Shown here in pieces: positions 6,743 to 17,100 of a stretch of 64,000 nt of DNA (position 1 is its first letter; the number at the start of each line of letters is the position of its first letter). The stretch is from a virus. The notes below the pieces were generated by a model. It was not told where the DNA came from. It was given only the letters and a program-made list of their open reading frames with translations, and searched no databases. The position numbers and the translations under genes are program-made. The DNA lies in IMG/VR virus record IMGVR_UViG_3300042516_004943, positions 9,822-73,821 of that record. One strand, 5' to 3'.

Positions 6743-6792
6743 ATATTGATTATATTAACATTACAGTAGTAATTATACTTTTTTTTAATTTT

Positions 6793-7866
6793 TTATCTAT
6801 TAAAAATCCATCTGATTTTTACAGTTATTGGAGTATTTGCAGAAATAGTTTGTGCAGTATTGAATTTGTAATATATTGCTGTATTTGAATTAGTATCAGA
6901 ATGGTGCCATAAATAAATTCCACCAACTGTTCTGCTTGATGTGTGCGAAGGAAATGAATAGATGGCATCTATACTACTGAAAGCGTCTGTTTGTTGTAGG
7001 TTTGAAAATGAAACTGTAGCTAACGGACCAGACGGAGTATAGGTTATTCTAGAATTAGAATAGTTTACTGGACTATGAGCACTATCAAAAAAGCCTATAT
7101 TATTAACCCATGTAGCTGTGCCAAAAATATTTTGAAAAGCGCCATAAGTTGCTGGATCATTTGCAGTAACTATTGTACTCGTTGAATCAACCGTAAAATC
7201 TCTATAAGCATATCCATTTGTGTTGCCAAGCGTGATAATTGTATTATTTCCAGTAATAGTTGGCAAAAGACCGGTATTGTTTGTAGACATTCTAATATAG
7301 CCAGTAAAGTCCAAGCTGGCTCCGGTAAGGGCAATTGATAAATCGCTATTCAAATAATTTATAATTAAATTTAAAGAATATGTTATTTTTAATATATCTC
7401 CACTTTCTAAGTTGAGGGCACCTGGAAATACAAACCTACTTAATGTTATTGGGGTAGTATTTGCAATTGCGAAATTTCCAACACAAGCTTCAGAATAGCT
7501 GACCTGTGTGCCTGATGGCACAGCTGCAAATGTAAAATCACGGGTTAATATTATTTTATTATTAACGGAATCAATATTGGTTGTAAAAAATGTACTTCTG
7601 TGGGTTTGACCTAAAATTGTTCCTAGCAGGTTTGTTTGCGTTCTTGTTGGTGATGAGCCGTTTGAGCCAACCCTGCATGTTTGAATAAATGAGTGCAGTC
7701 CTTCGCTATAGCCTGTTAGAATTTTTTGATAAAACGTATCTAAAATTAGATTTTTATTTGGCTTTTTTCCAAACGGAAATAATACTTTGCCATTTTTTTT
7801 ATGTACAGAAACTAAGTATTCTCCAAATATTTTAGAAGTATTTTGTATGTCTATATCTGTTTGCAT
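6793..7866 (-). CDS. putative virion protein, paralog family 1
   Basis: FPFGKKPNKNLILD...VGSNGSSPTRTQTNL...SRFVFPGALNLESGDILKITY; beta-rich. Confidence 0.7.
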   Translation of the reverse strand: MQTDIDIQNTSKIFGEYLVSVHKKNGKVLFPFGKKPNKNLILDTFYQKILTGYSEGLHSFIQTCRVGSNGSSPTRTQTNLLGTILGQTHRSTFFTTNIDSVNNKIILTRDFTFAAVPSGTQVSYSEACVGNFAIANTTPITLSRFVFPGALNLESGDILKITYSLNLIINYLNSDLSIALTGASLDFTGYIRMSTNNTGLLPTITGNNTIITLGNTNGYAYRDFTVDSTSTIVTANDPATYGAFQNIFGTATWVNNIGFFDSAHSPVNYSNSRITYTPSGPLATVSFSNLQQTDAFSSIDAIYSFPSHTSSRTVGGIYLWHHSDTNSNTAIYYKFNTAQTISANTPITVKIRWIFNR

Positions 7867-7890
7867 AAACTATATTATAATAATAAAAAA

Positions 7891-10800
7891 TTAAAACATT
7901 TCTAATCCAGAAGCATAATAAGTTCCAGATTCATTTATATTTGGATAAATATAGGCCCCAATTCTGCCAAAACCAGAAGCTGTATAGTTTCCAGTATCTA
8001 TTCCAGTGATATGGTCTAAAATATCCGTTTCATAAATCACGCTATCAATATTTCCACTTATTGTTCCGCTTTCAAGCGACCCAGTAACGCCAACAAAGTA
8101 TTCATAATAGGCAATGTTTATAATGTTACCGCTTGTTATTCCAGATGTTCCTTCGCCTAAGACAAGTGGATTTTCAGAAGATGCGAAAAATATATTATCA
8201 ATTGATGCATTTAGGCCAGTATACATAATGTCTACGCCCGATAATCCACCAAAAAATCCACTTAATTCTAATGGTATTATTCCTGTAATATATAATCCAG
8301 TATCTATATTTCCAGAAACTGTTTGTCCTGTCATGAAATCTCCGCTGATACCAGTCAAAGAAAATGGTCGCGTACTAGCAACATATTCAAATCCTGTAAT
8401 ATTTCCAGAAAGCATACCGGTTATAAATTCTTGACTTTCGAATATGCCAGATACATTTGCAAGCACAACTCCGCTCGTGTATAGTACTCCAGTGCCAATT
8501 CCCGTTCCTGTACCTAAAGAAAAATTACCTATTGGATATACAATATCTGTGATTGGAAATTGCCCAAGGCCTGTAGTTATAAGTCCGCTTAAAAATCCTA
8601 TACCAGTATTTTGATTTGATATTCCAGAAAAACCAGTACCGCTATAGAAATTAAATGTAATTCCAACTGCCCTTCTATACACATCAGAAAAACCAAAGCC
8701 AGAAACTCCAGCATATTCGCCTGATTGTATTAATAAGCCGCGCAAGCCAAGCGTGCCAGTTAATATTCCAGAACCACTATTGACTTCTATGTGACCTATA
8801 AATCCAGTCATCATTCCATTTCCAAAAACATTTGAAACTGTTCCAGAAAATCCAGACCCTTCCGTAAAAGAATATCCAGAATATACTAAATTTGGATATT
8901 TAAAATTTGAATTTTGAGAATAGAAACTAGAATGGCTTACCGAATTTTGAGAAAAGAAATACTGTTTATTATCTATAAAATACCCACTTGATCCGGACGT
9001 ACCATCGCCTGTAGAGGCATAATTTATAAACCTTAATGATTGATCTAAAACTCCACTAATAAAGCCTATCATTCTTTCTCTCGGAAGAGTATTTTCTGAA
9101 ACAAAGCCGCTATTTGAAAAGTTAAATCCATAAACTGTATTTGTAAATCCTGGATCAAAACCAGATTCTCCATTAAATCCATTAAAATTTAATGCTATTG
9201 GTTTTTTGACAGTTCCTATAATTCCAGTTAAAATTCCACTACCAGTAGTTAACTGCTCTAGCGTAAAAGGATTAAACTGTATTCCAGAGAATCCAGTAAA
9301 TTGACTATTAATCGTATAGCCCGAATATAAATTTCCATATCCATAATTTAATTGCTCAAATCCGCCAATTCCAGTAAATTGTCCAGAATATTTTAAAATA
9401 TTTTTATATCCAATATGTCCAGTCATTATTCCTGGTCCAAGAAACGGATCATTAAACCCGATAAAACCGCTTTGCTCTATGAAAAATCCCGAAAATTCAT
9501 AACCAAGATCTGGGTCAACAAAGCCTGGGGTTTTTTCAAAATTAATTGAGGCATTTACGCCAGTATCAAAATATATATCCTGCTCATAATTTTCATAGTA
9601 ATATCCGCTATATTCACCAGTTATTACCGCGTCCTGATCTTTGCCTGAAAAAGTTCCGTCTCCGAGCATTGTGCCAAATAAAAATCCAGTAATAAGAACT
9701 GGCTCTAGTATCGAATCTGGTAAAAATTTATACGACACATTATCTTTTATAAATCCGCTATTTTGAAAAATTCCCGTTGCCTGTAGAAAAAACCCATCTT
9801 CTTCTAAAATGCCGCTTATGTATCCGGTAATATATTCGTATACAAATCCAGTATATGGAAAATCTACTCTTGTATTATCTATAAAGTATCCGCTTTGTGC
9901 TAAAGCACCAGCAGATCTAACAAAATTAAAATTATTATCTATTGATCCGTTAATATACCCAATAACTTGCTCTGCGCCAGTTGTTCTGTAAGGGGGAAAT
10001 TGTATTACATTTCTTTCTAGCAATGTTAGCCTTTGACCACTATAAGATCTACTGTATGGCCCAAATATTCCTATCCCACTATTTATCCCAGAGTATCCTG
10101 TGTATATGCCACTGTAAAATCCGCTAAAACTTGATACAAGGTTTGGGGCAAATGGTTCAAAGGTTCCATTCGGATACATTATTCCACTAATTTTACCATA
10201 CAGGCCTTGATTGTATATATTTTCTATATCCAACAATCTGTAATTAACTACTCCTGTTATATAATCTGCGCCAGTAATTTGGCTTTGATTGCCGAATTCT
10301 AAATATTCCGTTGGCGAAAATGCATTCCACATATTGCCTTCTTGAACTATTGACCAGCTTCCAATATCTCTTAAAAAGAAACCAACAATATTTGCGCTCA
10401 TTATATTAGATAATGATTCTGCGGCTTGAGCCGTTTTATTCTCTGAAGCGATATATGCCAAACTATTTATATTTCCACTTACTGTTGAAAATGAAATATC
10501 TGATACGTTTACTGCTATAGGTAATGGCGGCAAAATTATAGCTAAAGATTCTGCCATATTAATAGATATGTCATCAGCTATTCTTCTATAATCTCCTCTT
10601 AAAACCAGAAATCCGCCGCAGTAATGATCAAGCGCTGCAGTATCATAAGTTTGTCTTCCCAAATTGCTCATTCCGGCCCCGATCACCATTCTTTTCGGCA
10701 TCCAGTATTCTGGCTCTTGCACTGTTCCAGAGCGTGTAGTTATTCTGTAAGGCTGTGGGAATGTTCCGGTATATATGCCAGGATCTTTTCCAAAGAAAGA

Positions 10801-11502
10801 TCTTATTTCGTAAGAATCAAGCTGAGAATAAACCATCAAACAAACAAATTTTTCAGTTCCATTATCTGACTCATAAAAAGAAAATGGGTCTCTTTCTACG
10901 ACTTTTTTTACTTGATCTGCTGAATAGTCTACAGCAAATCCTTTTTTATCTCCTCCAAATATTTCATCATAAATATAAGTTGTACCTCGAGGTCTAAATT
11001 GGCTGGTTGAAAAACATGGCGCAACAACCCCATAGGTATCTACGGATTTATCAAAGCAAAAATAAGGAGGCTCTTCTACGCTTGGTCTGTATAAGCTTGT
11101 TTCATATTTACCTCTTGCATGTTTAAAAAAATAAAAAACTGTTGTTGGGTCTTTTCTAAATTGAAAATTTGGATCGCTAGTTCCTGAAAATTCTAGCTCG
11201 CCACAATTATCAAGTGCATTTAAAAATATACCAGATTCATGCCAATTAACATTTTTGGGAAATTTTAAAGAAGTTCCCGAGCATAAATTGCCTATTCCAA
11301 ACACTTCATTTCCAAAACCAATATTATTATGCTTTCTTAGTGGAAAGTATGCGAATTCCAAATCGTCTTTAATACTGCACAAATAATCAGTAAAATCATT
11401 TATCTTTGATATTGCATCTGCAGAATAATATCCCCTGCCTTGGCCACTAATTTGCGCCAAGAACCTACTAACTAATGGGTTAATGATATCATAATGTAGC
11501 AT
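7891..11502 (-). CDS. large SG/TG-rich virion-type protein containing ~5 nested copies of the inserted module
   Basis: 1203-aa ORF; N-terminus weakly resembles family 3 (13315/18522); central SG-rich modules. Confidence 0.75.
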   Translation of the reverse strand: MLHYDIINPLVSRFLAQISGQGRGYYSADAISKINDFTDYLCSIKDDLEFAYFPLRKHNNIGFGNEVFGIGNLCSGTSLKFPKNVNWHESGIFLNALDNCGELEFSGTSDPNFQFRKDPTTVFYFFKHARGKYETSLYRPSVEEPPYFCFDKSVDTYGVVAPCFSTSQFRPRGTTYIYDEIFGGDKKGFAVDYSADQVKKVVERDPFSFYESDNGTEKFVCLMVYSQLDSYEIRSFFGKDPGIYTGTFPQPYRITTRSGTVQEPEYWMPKRMVIGAGMSNLGRQTYDTAALDHYCGGFLVLRGDYRRIADDISINMAESLAIILPPLPIAVNVSDISFSTVSGNINSLAYIASENKTAQAAESLSNIMSANIVGFFLRDIGSWSIVQEGNMWNAFSPTEYLEFGNQSQITGADYITGVVNYRLLDIENIYNQGLYGKISGIMYPNGTFEPFAPNLVSSFSGFYSGIYTGYSGINSGIGIFGPYSRSYSGQRLTLLERNVIQFPPYRTTGAEQVIGYINGSIDNNFNFVRSAGALAQSGYFIDNTRVDFPYTGFVYEYITGYISGILEEDGFFLQATGIFQNSGFIKDNVSYKFLPDSILEPVLITGFLFGTMLGDGTFSGKDQDAVITGEYSGYYYENYEQDIYFDTGVNASINFEKTPGFVDPDLGYEFSGFFIEQSGFIGFNDPFLGPGIMTGHIGYKNILKYSGQFTGIGGFEQLNYGYGNLYSGYTINSQFTGFSGIQFNPFTLEQLTTGSGILTGIIGTVKKPIALNFNGFNGESGFDPGFTNTVYGFNFSNSGFVSENTLPRERMIGFISGVLDQSLRFINYASTGDGTSGSSGYFIDNKQYFFSQNSVSHSSFYSQNSNFKYPNLVYSGYSFTEGSGFSGTVSNVFGNGMMTGFIGHIEVNSGSGILTGTLGLRGLLIQSGEYAGVSGFGFSDVYRRAVGITFNFYSGTGFSGISNQNTGIGFLSGLITTGLGQFPITDIVYPIGNFSLGTGTGIGTGVLYTSGVVLANVSGIFESQEFITGMLSGNITGFEYVASTRPFSLTGISGDFMTGQTVSGNIDTGLYITGIIPLELSGFFGGLSGVDIMYTGLNASIDNIFFASSENPLVLGEGTSGITSGNIINIAYYEYFVGVTGSLESGTISGNIDSVIYETDILDHITGIDTGNYTASGFGRIGAYIYPNINESGTYYASGLEMF

Positions 11503-11512
11503 ATACTAGCAT

Positions 11513-13306
11513 TTATTTATAAAACCCACCAAGCGCTATATTCACATCTGATATTCCAGATAAGGTTTTTAAAATATCAATTCCTATTCTATCACCAGCA
11601 GTTACTTCAAAAGAAATTTTTGAATTTGCATCTGTTTCTGCATACATCATTCCAGAGCTTATACCAAAATCTATTAAATATTCTTTAACCCCATTTTTAT
11701 TCTTCTTATAAAATTTTCCAGTTAATGGAGAAAAATCTGGAAGATTTCTATAGCCTATCAGCCCAGTCATTATTCCAAGTCCGGAATTTGAAAATTGAAC
11801 TCCACTAAATCCACTTTTTGCTGGAAAAAATCCACTATATTCATATCCGTACTGTTTAATAAATCCGTTTTCAGATTCGAAGGCCTCAAATTGGTAAGTT
11901 CCGTTGCCACCCGTTACAAATCTTCTTTGCTCATATGGATATAAAAAGTATCCACTAAATCCATCAGTATTGGGTGGATATCCCGCACCAGTATGAATTG
12001 GTCTGAAATTTGGCAATACCTCAACTTCTAAAAATCCACTGATTATTTCCCCCCTTAGTTCTTCTCTTACCCCTATTGGCCCATATAAATATCCAGTAAA
12101 TCCTCCAGACACATCTTGGTATAATCCAGTAAATTGGTTTTGATTTGTATTGCTAAATATTCCAGAATATATATAATTTACGTTCTGAAATCCTGGCATG
12201 CCACTAAAGCCAGAAAATAAACCGCTTCCAGTAGGAAAATAGTATTGCTGCCCACTTAAAAAATATCCACTTGAATCGATTATGAATCCGTTTCTTCCTG
12301 TTGGAAACCCACTTATTCTAAATCGAAATGATGATAGTGGATAAAAAATATTTGTTGAGCTTCTATATCCACTTAAAAAGCCAGTAATTACATTATCAAG
12401 CTTATATACATTTCTACTACCTATTGCTTGCGTATATACTGCTGGGCCAAAATTATCAGTATTAGCGGATCCTGTTAGCGCATTTATATTAAACCCAGTA
12501 AATGAATACCCTAAATTTTGATCAAAACCAGGCTCTCCATTAAAACCACTAAAGTTAGTATTTGAAAAATATTTAGCATTGTTATTTATAATATATCCAC
12601 TACCGCCATTAAATAAAAATGACCGTTGTCTTTCTAAAAATCCGCTAATATATCCGGTAATATAATTTGTAAATGTAGTTGGTCCAGCCCCAGAATTACC
12701 ACAATATAATCCCCATCCAGTAAATTCAGCTGGATATTGAATATATTGTTCATATAAATTTTCTTTTATTTGCACATTATTACCATAATAATTAAAAGCT
12801 ACTGGTATTTTATCGAATGATGCGGCGGCAGAATAATAACCTAACAAGCTTATTGACAATGATCGCATTTCATTTGCTGATGAATGAATATTTAGGCCTA
12901 ATATATTATGTGGTGTTATTTTGTAATCTAAAGGTCCATTATTAGAGTATTGATATTTTCCTAAAGTAAATGCTCCAACATATTTAGTATCAATAACACT
13001 TTCTGGCTTTCTTGTATAAAAAGATCCTTCTAACTTATCATCTCCTGTTGCTGGGTGTGAGCATGTGACCAAAAATCCAGTGGCCATAAAAAAATCACTC
13101 ATATATATTTCATTTAAATAATTTCCAACAACTGGCCATCTGCTATAAAATGATATTGGAGCATATCCTCTTAAAAAAAATCTATCCGTTAATTGTATCC
13201 CAGATGTATTTTTAACTTGCATGCCATCAATAAATAAACGATTGTCATGGGCAGTTAAAATGGACCCATTTAAATTGATAGATTCTATGGATAGTACGCT
13301 TGGCAT
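11513..13306 (-). CDS. virion-type protein, paralog family 2 (related to 29225..31123), with 3 tandem inserted modules
   Basis: Two beta-sandwich-like repeats (..TGW..; PLTGKFY..IGIDI..V.I.LGG) match the 29225 ORF; the second repeat is interrupted by SG modules. Confidence 0.75.
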   Translation of the reverse strand: MPSVLSIESINLNGSILTAHDNRLFIDGMQVKNTSGIQLTDRFFLRGYAPISFYSRWPVVGNYLNEIYMSDFFMATGFLVTCSHPATGDDKLEGSFYTRKPESVIDTKYVGAFTLGKYQYSNNGPLDYKITPHNILGLNIHSSANEMRSLSISLLGYYSAAASFDKIPVAFNYYGNNVQIKENLYEQYIQYPAEFTGWGLYCGNSGAGPTTFTNYITGYISGFLERQRSFLFNGGSGYIINNNAKYFSNTNFSGFNGEPGFDQNLGYSFTGFNINALTGSANTDNFGPAVYTQAIGSRNVYKLDNVITGFLSGYRSSTNIFYPLSSFRFRISGFPTGRNGFIIDSSGYFLSGQQYYFPTGSGLFSGFSGMPGFQNVNYIYSGIFSNTNQNQFTGLYQDVSGGFTGYLYGPIGVREELRGEIISGFLEVEVLPNFRPIHTGAGYPPNTDGFSGYFLYPYEQRRFVTGGNGTYQFEAFESENGFIKQYGYEYSGFFPAKSGFSGVQFSNSGLGIMTGLIGYRNLPDFSPLTGKFYKKNKNGVKEYLIDFGISSGMMYAETDANSKISFEVTAGDRIGIDILKTLSGISDVNIALGGFYK

Positions 13307-13314
13307 ATTTTTTA

Positions 13315-14148
13315 TTACATTACCGATCTGAACATTGCTTTCTGAAAATTATCTACTGCTATATTATAATTATAAATATCATTTTCAGAAAATGCATAAC
13401 CAACAGAAGCGAGCGCTATGTTCGCATCCAACGTTGATGTTACTTTGCTTAAGTAATTATTGCCAAAAAGTAACAATTTTAAATTATTTTTTAAATCTAT
13501 ATCTGTAGGTAATAACGGAAACCAATTTCCAAAAACTTGCCCATTCAAGTAGCACTTGGTAGTGTTGATGCCAATCATAAGTCCCGTTCCGCTAATATTA
13601 GAATTGATCATTTGATCGGCGGTATATCCAAATCCGCCTAAAGTATTAATTATATTATAAACATATCCAACAATGCCATCATTTTTACTAAAATTTAACT
13701 CGAAGGCCCCAACGCCAGAAAGTTCTTGAATAAAATTTCTAGTATTTACTCCAATAAATCTTCCATCTTTTGTTATGTTTGAAAATGGCGTTCTATTGTA
13801 TACTGATATATGAACGTTTTTAAATGATGCAAATAATGTTAATGGTATATCAGTATTTCCATAACCCGTTACTCCGGTTACGCCATTTTTATTGTGGGTT
13901 TGCTGTCCAAACCAAGAGATTTTATACTTATTAGGATCTATAAGATTAAAGCTGTGCGAAGATGCGGTTCCTCCAATAAAAGGATAAAGGGCTATAAATT
14001 TATCTATTAAATTTAATTGCCACAATGCATCAGCAAATTCGGCAAGTGCGCCAACTTCATGATTTCTAAACACTTTAAAGCCACCGCAAGCATTAATGAA
14101 TGGCATTACGGTTGTGTTAAAAGAATCGTTTACTCGCCTTTTATACAT
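13315..14148 (-). CDS. virion-type protein, paralog family 3 (helical head plus LamG/ConA-like domain)
   Basis: ALW..NLIDKFIALYPFIGGTASSHSFNLIDP..GYGNT..HISVY motif shared with 18522..19727. Confidence 0.7.
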   Translation of the reverse strand: MYKRRVNDSFNTTVMPFINACGGFKVFRNHEVGALAEFADALWQLNLIDKFIALYPFIGGTASSHSFNLIDPNKYKISWFGQQTHNKNGVTGVTGYGNTDIPLTLFASFKNVHISVYNRTPFSNITKDGRFIGVNTRNFIQELSGVGAFELNFSKNDGIVGYVYNIINTLGGFGYTADQMINSNISGTGLMIGINTTKCYLNGQVFGNWFPLLPTDIDLKNNLKLLLFGNNYLSKVTSTLDANIALASVGYAFSENDIYNYNIAVDNFQKAMFRSVM

Positions 14149-17100
14149 ATGTTTCTCTATTCATGGCCAGAGTAATATTTAGAGATATTAATTGATCTTC
14201 AAATTTTGTCTGATAGTTATCAAATCTGTAATACCAACCAACATATGGAATATTTATACCCTCAAGATAGTACGCAAAATAATCTTCAAAAACAAAAGGT
14301 TTTGTTGGGTGCCAAAGGCGATTTGCGTTCCATTTTTCCATAGGGGCAAAAAAGAAGCCACCGATGCCCGTATCATTATTTGGAAATTCTGCTTTGAATT
14401 GAAACCAATAATTAATTTCTTTTGGATATGAATTAGATGGGTAGTCTGTTGTTAGGCCTCCATATTCATACGTTGGCCAAGATGGAAATGGAGTATTTGC
14501 AAGATTAATACGGTATCTTTTTCCATAATAATCAGTATTATTAGGATATTTGCCTTGAATACCGATCTCTGTAACTTCATCTCCGCCAGGTATTACAAAC
14601 ATAAATCTAGTATCGTTTTCAGGCGGAAATGGTGGCGGGTAGTTTGGATAGAATCCCAATCCACTTTCAGGCTCGTTTCCGATCATAACTGCTGATAGAT
14701 AGATATTTGGGTTTATTTGATTTCCAAAAAACCATTTATTGTGCGCTGGCCACCAAAACCCGTACATTGGGCCTGCTTGCGAGCCAACAGCTGAAGCTAT
14801 TCCGTTAGGAGTAATGGTTCCGAATATTCTACTATAATTTCCAATAAGTTTGATTGAGCCGCTTCCGTTAAAATCGCCATAAACTACATTTTCTCCGGTT
14901 ACAGGTATTGGAGTTATCATTGCCGGAATTCTTATAGCTGTATCATATCTTACTTTTACAAATTCTCCAGTTGTTAGTTCTATACCCGACAATTGCTTTC
15001 TAAAACCAAAGATGCCCGTCATAATTCCACTATTAGACCTAATAAAATAATCATTTCTTGAACCTATGAATCCGGTAAGTGATCCTGTAATGCTATTTGT
15101 TGGATATGTATAGAAAACTCTATGACCTATAAATCCAGAAAGAATACCTGTGCCAAAAGCTCCGGTTAGTCCAGAAAATGTAGAGCCTTCTGGGAAATTG
15201 AAACCAGTATAAGCGAACCCGGTATCGATACTAAAACCGGGCATTCCATTAAAGCCAGAAAATGTATTTCCGGTTGGAAAATAATATTGTTGGTTATTTA
15301 AGAAATATCCGCTAGATCTTAGTTGTGGAAGTTCTGGATATAAATCTTGAAAGGTAAAAAATTGACCAAGATCGTTTCTAAATCCGCTTATAAAGCCATT
15401 AATTTTTTCATAGTTTATTTTTGGCCAACTCTCCCCAGAAAATCCACTCTGTGATGGGAAAAAGCCCGAGAAAGAAAAGCCTAATCCAGTATAAAAGCCT
15501 GGCATTCCGCTAAAACCAGAAAATGTATTTCCGGTTGGAAAATAATATTTTTTACCACTTAATATATATCCACTAAACCCTTGACTTCCAGGTATAGGAA
15601 CAGTAAATGGAATGAATGTGCCAAATGCATTTGTTACACCGCTTCTGAAGCCAACAATGCGCTCTCTTTCAAGTACAGTATTGTATATAAAACCGCTACC
15701 ATATTGTAGATTGAACATTCTACCGCTCGGATTATATCTCCAGCCATATTCGAAAGATGGTATGTTATCGAATCCCTGCTCTTCAGTACCAAAAGATCTA
15801 AGAACGTTTCTGTTTCCAATAATACCGCTGGCGTAACCAGGGCCAGTATTTCCGTTAATTGTTTTTACTGTATAGCTAGGAAAATTTAAACCGCTAAATT
15901 GAAAACCTAAATAGCTATCAAATTCTGGCAGCCCTGAAAATCCGCTTAATGGTATATTTTCATATAAATTTCTATATCCTAATATTCCAGTCAAAATTCC
16001 AGTTCCAGAACTTGTATTATCAACACCGCTAAATCCGCTCCCAGTTATATATGGAAAACCGCTATATGCAAATCCAAGATAAGCATCAAATTCATTTGGG
16101 TTTTCTCCAGCAAATCCAATAAATTCACCGCTTTTATAAAAAAAGTTTCTGCTGCCAATAAATCCAGTATAAATTCCAGTTCCAGAATTAGTAAATTCTA
16201 TACCACTAAATCCGCTTGAAAATTGGAAAAAACCTGAGTATATAAATCCAGTTTCATTACTAAATCCTAATTGGCCAGAAAATCCAGAAAAAGATTGTCC
16301 GGTAGGAAATGCTCTTTGGGATCCTTCAAAAAAATATCCGCTAGATAACTTATCAATTTCACTAAATCCGCTAAAAATGGTACCGGATTGAAAACCACTT
16401 ATATAACCTATAATTCTTTCCGTCCTTATTTCTTGTATTGGTGGAAATTGATATCTTTGATTATTTAAATAGTATCCACTAGAACTATAAAGCAAATTCG
16501 ATTCAAATCCAGAAAAATTACCAGTAGTATCACGAAATCCGCTAATATAGCCAGTTATTGGTTGAGAAATTACTTTGCGATTTGCGAATGGAATTTGTTG
16601 TCCGTTAATAACGTATCCACTTAAATATGCATGTTTAAATTGAGGATCATTTTGATTATAAAATGTAAAATTATTAAATTGGTCTAAATTTCCACTCCTG
16701 TAACCATATACAATTTGATATTCTTTTGTTTTAACAGGGGGTATATTATATAACTGACCAGAAACTATTATTCCGCTACCTATATCTATTGGGTGATTGT
16801 GCAAGTTAAAATTGCCACTATTATCAATATATCCGCTTAAAAATCCGGTAGCAAGCTCTTCAGATGTAAATAAAAATCTAGACCATATACCTCGCCTACC
16901 GGCATTGTTAGATAAATCTGATGCATTTGGTTTGAAACCAGCTTCTGTATAGGTGACTCTTTCCGATTCAATAGGAAAATCATATGTTCTAGAAAAAATA
17001 GCCATTCCTGATCCAGATATGTAAGTTCCTGTGGCTCTATTAAAATTTGGCCTAATATAGTTTGTTTGTTTATAAAATCTATGCAAAGCTGTATCTTTAT

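Noticed and set aside
14985-16861. Inserted modules as inteins or introns
   Set aside because: No N-terminal Cys/Ser block, no His-Asn terminus and no endonuclease motifs; the reading frame stays open throughout.
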